Assembly: GCA_963815405.1 (NCBI GenBank)
Contig: CAWFGR010000008.1
Coordinates: 384,316-448,315 of the forward strand
Direction of reading: 5' to 3'
DNA: 64,000 nucleotides
From: an uncultured Actinomycetes bacterium
GTDB taxonomy: Bacteria; Actinomycetota; Acidimicrobiia; IMCC26256; DASPTH01
Shown piece by piece: positions 60,850 through 64,000 of the stretch. Positions within the stretch are counted from its first letter, which is position 1. Each line of letters opens with the position of its first letter. Made by a program: the position numbers and the translations under genes. The notes below the pieces were generated by a model. The model was not told where the DNA came from and did not search any database. It saw nothing but the letters and a program-made list of their open reading frames with translations.

Positions 60850-61884
60850 ATGCTACCGACCGTGCCGCGTGCGATCGAGAGGGTTACGGTCGTCGGCGCC
60901 GGGTCGTGGGGCACCGCGCTCGGCTGGTCTCGTCCGCCAGAACGCCGACGTCGTGTTGTGGGCGCGCAGTCCCGCGGCGCCGCGCAGATCGCAGCCACCA
61001 GACGGAATGCCGAATACCTGCCCGGGATCGAGCTGATGCCGGACATCGCCGTCACCGCGGACCTCGAACAGGCGTGCTCCGGAGCGGACGCCGTCGTGAT
61101 GGCGGTGCCCTCACACGGCTTCCGCTCCGTGCTCAGCGCCGCGGCGCCGTTCGTTCCACCGGACGTGCCCATCGTGAGCGTCGCCAAGGGGGTCGAGCAG
61201 GGCACGTTGCAGCGCATGACCGAGGTGATCGGGGAGCTGCTCGCCGACCGCCCACCGTCGCTGGTCGGCGTGCTCACCGGACCCAACCTCGCGCTCGAGG
61301 TCGCGCAAGGTCAGCCCGCGGCGTCGGTGATCGCCTGCGCCGATGCCGGGGTGGCCCAAACGCTGCAGCGGATGGTGATGACCAGAAGCTTCCGCGTCTA
61401 CACCAACCCCGACGTCGTGGGGTGCGAGCTCGCGGGTGCGCTGAAGAACGTGATCGCGATCGCGGCCGGCGTCGCCGCCGGTCTCGGATACGGCGACAAT
61501 GCGCGCGCGGCCCTGATCACGCGTGGACTGGCCGAGCTGGCGAGGCTCGGTGTCACCCTCGGCGGGGACCCGCTCACGTTCTCCGGTCTCGCCGGTATGG
61601 GCGACCTCGTGGCCACGTGCGCGAGTCCCCAGAGCCGCAACCGCAGCGTGGGCTACGAGCTCGGACGGGGGCGCCCGCTCGAGACCATCCTGAAGGACAG
61701 CCACATGGTGGCGGAGGGCGTGAACACCACCGGCGCGGTGTTGGCCCTCGCGGCGCGCGCGGGAATCGAGATGCCGATTGCGACGATGGTCGGCGCCATC
61801 CTCTACGAGGGCCGGCGCCCGGCGGATCTCGTGCCCGAGCTGATGTTGCGCCAAGCCAAGCCCGAGCTGCACGGACTGCAGTGA
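60850..61884 (+). CDS. gpsA: NAD(P)H-dependent glycerol-3-phosphate dehydrogenase (two compensating frameshifts at ~60922 and ~60979)
   Basis: Motifs: VVGAGSWGTAL, GPNLALEV, LKNVIAIAAG, NRSVGYELGRG. Residues 25-43 are garbled in frame, but read AGLVRQNADVVLWARSPAA in the +1 frame. Confidence 0.9.
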   Translation: MLPTVPRAIERVTVVGAGSWGTALGWSRPPERRRRVVGAQSRGAAQIAATRRNAEYLPGIELMPDIAVTADLEQACSGADAVVMAVPSHGFRSVLSAAAPFVPPDVPIVSVAKGVEQGTLQRMTEVIGELLADRPPSLVGVLTGPNLALEVAQGQPAASVIACADAGVAQTLQRMVMTRSFRVYTNPDVVGCELAGALKNVIAIAAGVAAGLGYGDNARAALITRGLAELARLGVTLGGDPLTFSGLAGMGDLVATCASPQSRNRSVGYELGRGRPLETILKDSHMVAEGVNTTGAVLALAARAGIEMPIATMVGAILYEGRRPADLVPELMLRQAKPELHGLQ

Positions 61885-63050
61885 ACCGCCGCCCCCAGCT
61901 GGTGGGTGCGCTCGGCGTACCCCGAACCGCGCGCGTCGATGACCACGGGCAGCTCACCGTCGATCGCGCCACCTGGACGCTCGGCTGGTGGGTCGGCGCC
62001 GACGACCGCTGGCACGTGCCGGGGCGCGAAGTCGCCGTGCGTCAGACGCTGGTCGACGACATGCCGGTCGTGCAGACCGCGATGCGCGTTCCGGGTGGCG
62101 ACGCGATCCATCGGGTGTTCGGCAGCGGGGACGGCGACTTGGTGGTGGAGATCGAGAACGCGTCGCCGGCTCCGTTCGTCGCGGCACTGGTGGTCACCGG
62201 CGCGAGCCAGCTCGCGGTCGACGGCTCGACCGTCGTCGTCGACGGGCACCGGTCGATCGTCACCGCGCGTCCGCCCTCTCGCTGGCTGGTCGACACCTCG
62301 GCGACGTTCGACCGCGTGCGCGACGGTGCCGCCGAGACGGGCGTCTTCCCCGTGCGTTCCGACCGGGCGGCGAGGCTCGAGGCCGCGCTGCTCCATCCCG
62401 TGCCGCATCGCACGACGCTGCGCGCGGTGGTCGCGCTCCGTGGCCGCGACCTCGGTGACGTCGCGTGTGCGACGCTGCCGTCGGCCGACGACGTCGCCCG
62501 AGGGTGGCACGCGCAGCTCGGTCGCGGGGCCCGAGTGGAGTTGCCGGACCCGGCGTTGCAGCGCTGGGTCGAGCGCGCGCGGGCCGCGACGCTGCTGGCC
62601 GGGCAAGCATGGGACCCGGACGGCGCGACCGTCGCTGCGCTCGAGGACTGGGGCTTCGACGGGGAGGCCGCCGACGCGTGGCGTCGCCTGTCGTTCGGGC
62701 AGCGACGTCGTGCCGCTCGTCGTCCATCGAGCGCGACGCGCGACGACCTCAGCAATTGTGCGGCCGATGCACCCGCGTTCCTGCTCGCGCTCCGCTCCTT
62801 GCTACTGGATGAGGACGGGAAGCGTCTCGTGCTGCTCCCCGGTTGGTCTCCGGCGTGGAGTGGACGGGACCTCGAGGTGCACGACCTCCCCACGCGGCGT
62901 GGTCGGGTCTCGTTCGCGTTGCGGTGGCATGGTGACCGTCCGGCCGTGCTGTGGGACGCACCCGAGGGCGCCGAGCTCTCGGTCCCTGCGCTCGATCCGG
63001 CGTGGTCGACACCCGACGCGCGCGGCGAGGCGCTGCTGCACGCGAGCTGA
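61881..63050 (+). CDS. Conserved hypothetical protein
   Basis: GTG 61881 overlaps the gpsA stop (GTGA). This is the last 389 aa of track ORF 60906..63050, with good composition. No family recognised. Confidence 0.6.
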   Translation: MNRRPQLVGALGVPRTARVDDHGQLTVDRATWTLGWWVGADDRWHVPGREVAVRQTLVDDMPVVQTAMRVPGGDAIHRVFGSGDGDLVVEIENASPAPFVAALVVTGASQLAVDGSTVVVDGHRSIVTARPPSRWLVDTSATFDRVRDGAAETGVFPVRSDRAARLEAALLHPVPHRTTLRAVVALRGRDLGDVACATLPSADDVARGWHAQLGRGARVELPDPALQRWVERARAATLLAGQAWDPDGATVAALEDWGFDGEAADAWRRLSFGQRRRAARRPSSATRDDLSNCAADAPAFLLALRSLLLDEDGKRLVLLPGWSPAWSGRDLEVHDLPTRRGRVSFALRWHGDRPAVLWDAPEGAELSVPALDPAWSTPDARGEALLHAS

Positions 63051-63066
63051 CGCCGCGCGCCTGTGG

Positions 63067-64000
63067 TCAGCAGTCGAGCTCGAGCGTCGCGATCTCCGAC
63101 GCGCGCGCAGCGCGAGCTCGCCGGCGAACGTCCCGCGGGCGCGGCCACGGAGGTCGACGATCGCACCCGGTGCCGGACCCCGGGTCGTCGACACGCGGGC
63201 CACGGTTGCGTTCGGGAGCGGATTGAAGACTCTGAGGACGAGTGGGCCGCCGGGCGCGCGCCGATGCACCGCCGAGACGCGCGCGCCGTCGACGGTCAGG
63301 AACTGTCCGGTCGACCGAGCGGGAGCGAGGGCTGGGCTCGGCGCGGGGGAGCGCGACGGGTGGAGCGGAGAGGTCGTGGCGACTGCGAGTGGCACGAGGA
63401 AGTCGTCCGCCGCGTCGTAGAGGTCTGCGTCGCGCCAGTCGCCGCGATGCACGAGGACGGCGTAGTCAAAGCTTCGGTGCCCCTGGACCTGCGCGCCGGC
63501 GAGTGGCATGAGGGGTCCTGCCGGGTTCGGGCGGAGTCGGGGTGCTCCACGCGACAGGTAGCCCGTCGCGCGGAGCAGCGTCAGCGCGAGCTGGGCGCCC
63601 TCCTCGATCACCTCGTACTCGGGCAGGCCGTCGTGGAGCAGCGCGAGACCGACGACCTCCCCGTCGACACCGGGTGCCGAGCAGTCGACGAAGCGTCGCG
63701 AGACGAAGGTCGCCAGACCGGCTTCGAGCGGGCCACCCTCGGCCGTGAGGCCGCGGGTCACCACGCCGAACGCGGACTCTGCGTCGGACTCGGTCACCCG
63801 TGCGGGCAGCGGGAACACGGCGCGGATCCGGTGGTCCCGCACGTGGTGGTCGAGCTCGACGTGGACCCGCACGAAGCGTTCACCCACGCGCAGCTCGATC
63901 TCGGTGCGCATCGTCGTTGCGATGCACTCCGCGCTCCGTTCGACGGCGCACTGCGCGTCACCAACGACGTGGGCGGGCCACCGGTAGGTCGCGGTGACGA
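63067..64000 (-). CDS. Alpha-mannosidase (GH38) C-terminal region; 5' end outside the window, apparent frameshift near 63095-63110
   Basis: Track ORF 62802..63911 continues upstream past 64000 (..YRWPAHVV..). The segments DHRIRAVFPL, GLALLHDGLPEYEV and LLRATGYLSR are typical of the GH38 C-terminal domain. The natural end EIATLELDC-stop at 63067 lies in another frame. Confidence 0.65.

Overview
This is a 64-kb, very GC-rich (roughly 70% by eye, not computed) actinobacterial-type chromosomal segment, densely coding on both strands. I can support about 65 protein-coding genes, 3 tRNAs (Arg-CCT, Gln-CTG, Glu-CTC), two leader-peptide transcription attenuators, a few hairpins and one block of coding tandem repeats. 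The content is mostly core metabolism: branched-chain amino-acid biosynthesis (leuA, leuCD, leuB-ilvE-cimA), serA, a putA-like proline catabolic enzyme, lysS, gltX, greA, msrA, gpsA, HU, thiolases, an acyl-CoA ligase / F420-dependent oxidoreductase cluster and cofC. The set serA, leuB, gltX, leuCD, hup, cofC, gpsA echoes the Mycobacterium tuberculosis Rv2982c-Rv2996c neighbourhood (from memory, not searched). I saw no rRNA, CRISPR array, transposase, integrase, phage or recognisable defence genes. The only mobile-element trace is a decayed HNH (DUF222-type) nuclease fragment. Four points stand out. (1) About 30 reading-frame breaks lie inside otherwise well conserved genes, including gltX and a compensating pair in gpsA, often at short homopolymer runs. 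The sequence therefore probably carries indel errors, and many track ORFs are gene fragments. (2) A CPA2-type cation/proton antiporter is fused to a GlnD-like regulatory module (degenerate HD, two ACT domains) downstream of an atypical OmpR-type regulator. (3) Two paralogous leader-peptide attenuators sit in front of leuA (MTVSALTQSLLLL) and leuB-ilvE-cimA (MVRLATSFVVIR). (4) The usual actinobacterial Lys/Ala-rich tail of HU is encoded as a separate repeat-rich ORF. Many long ORFs in the six-frame track are GC-driven antisense artefacts and were not called.
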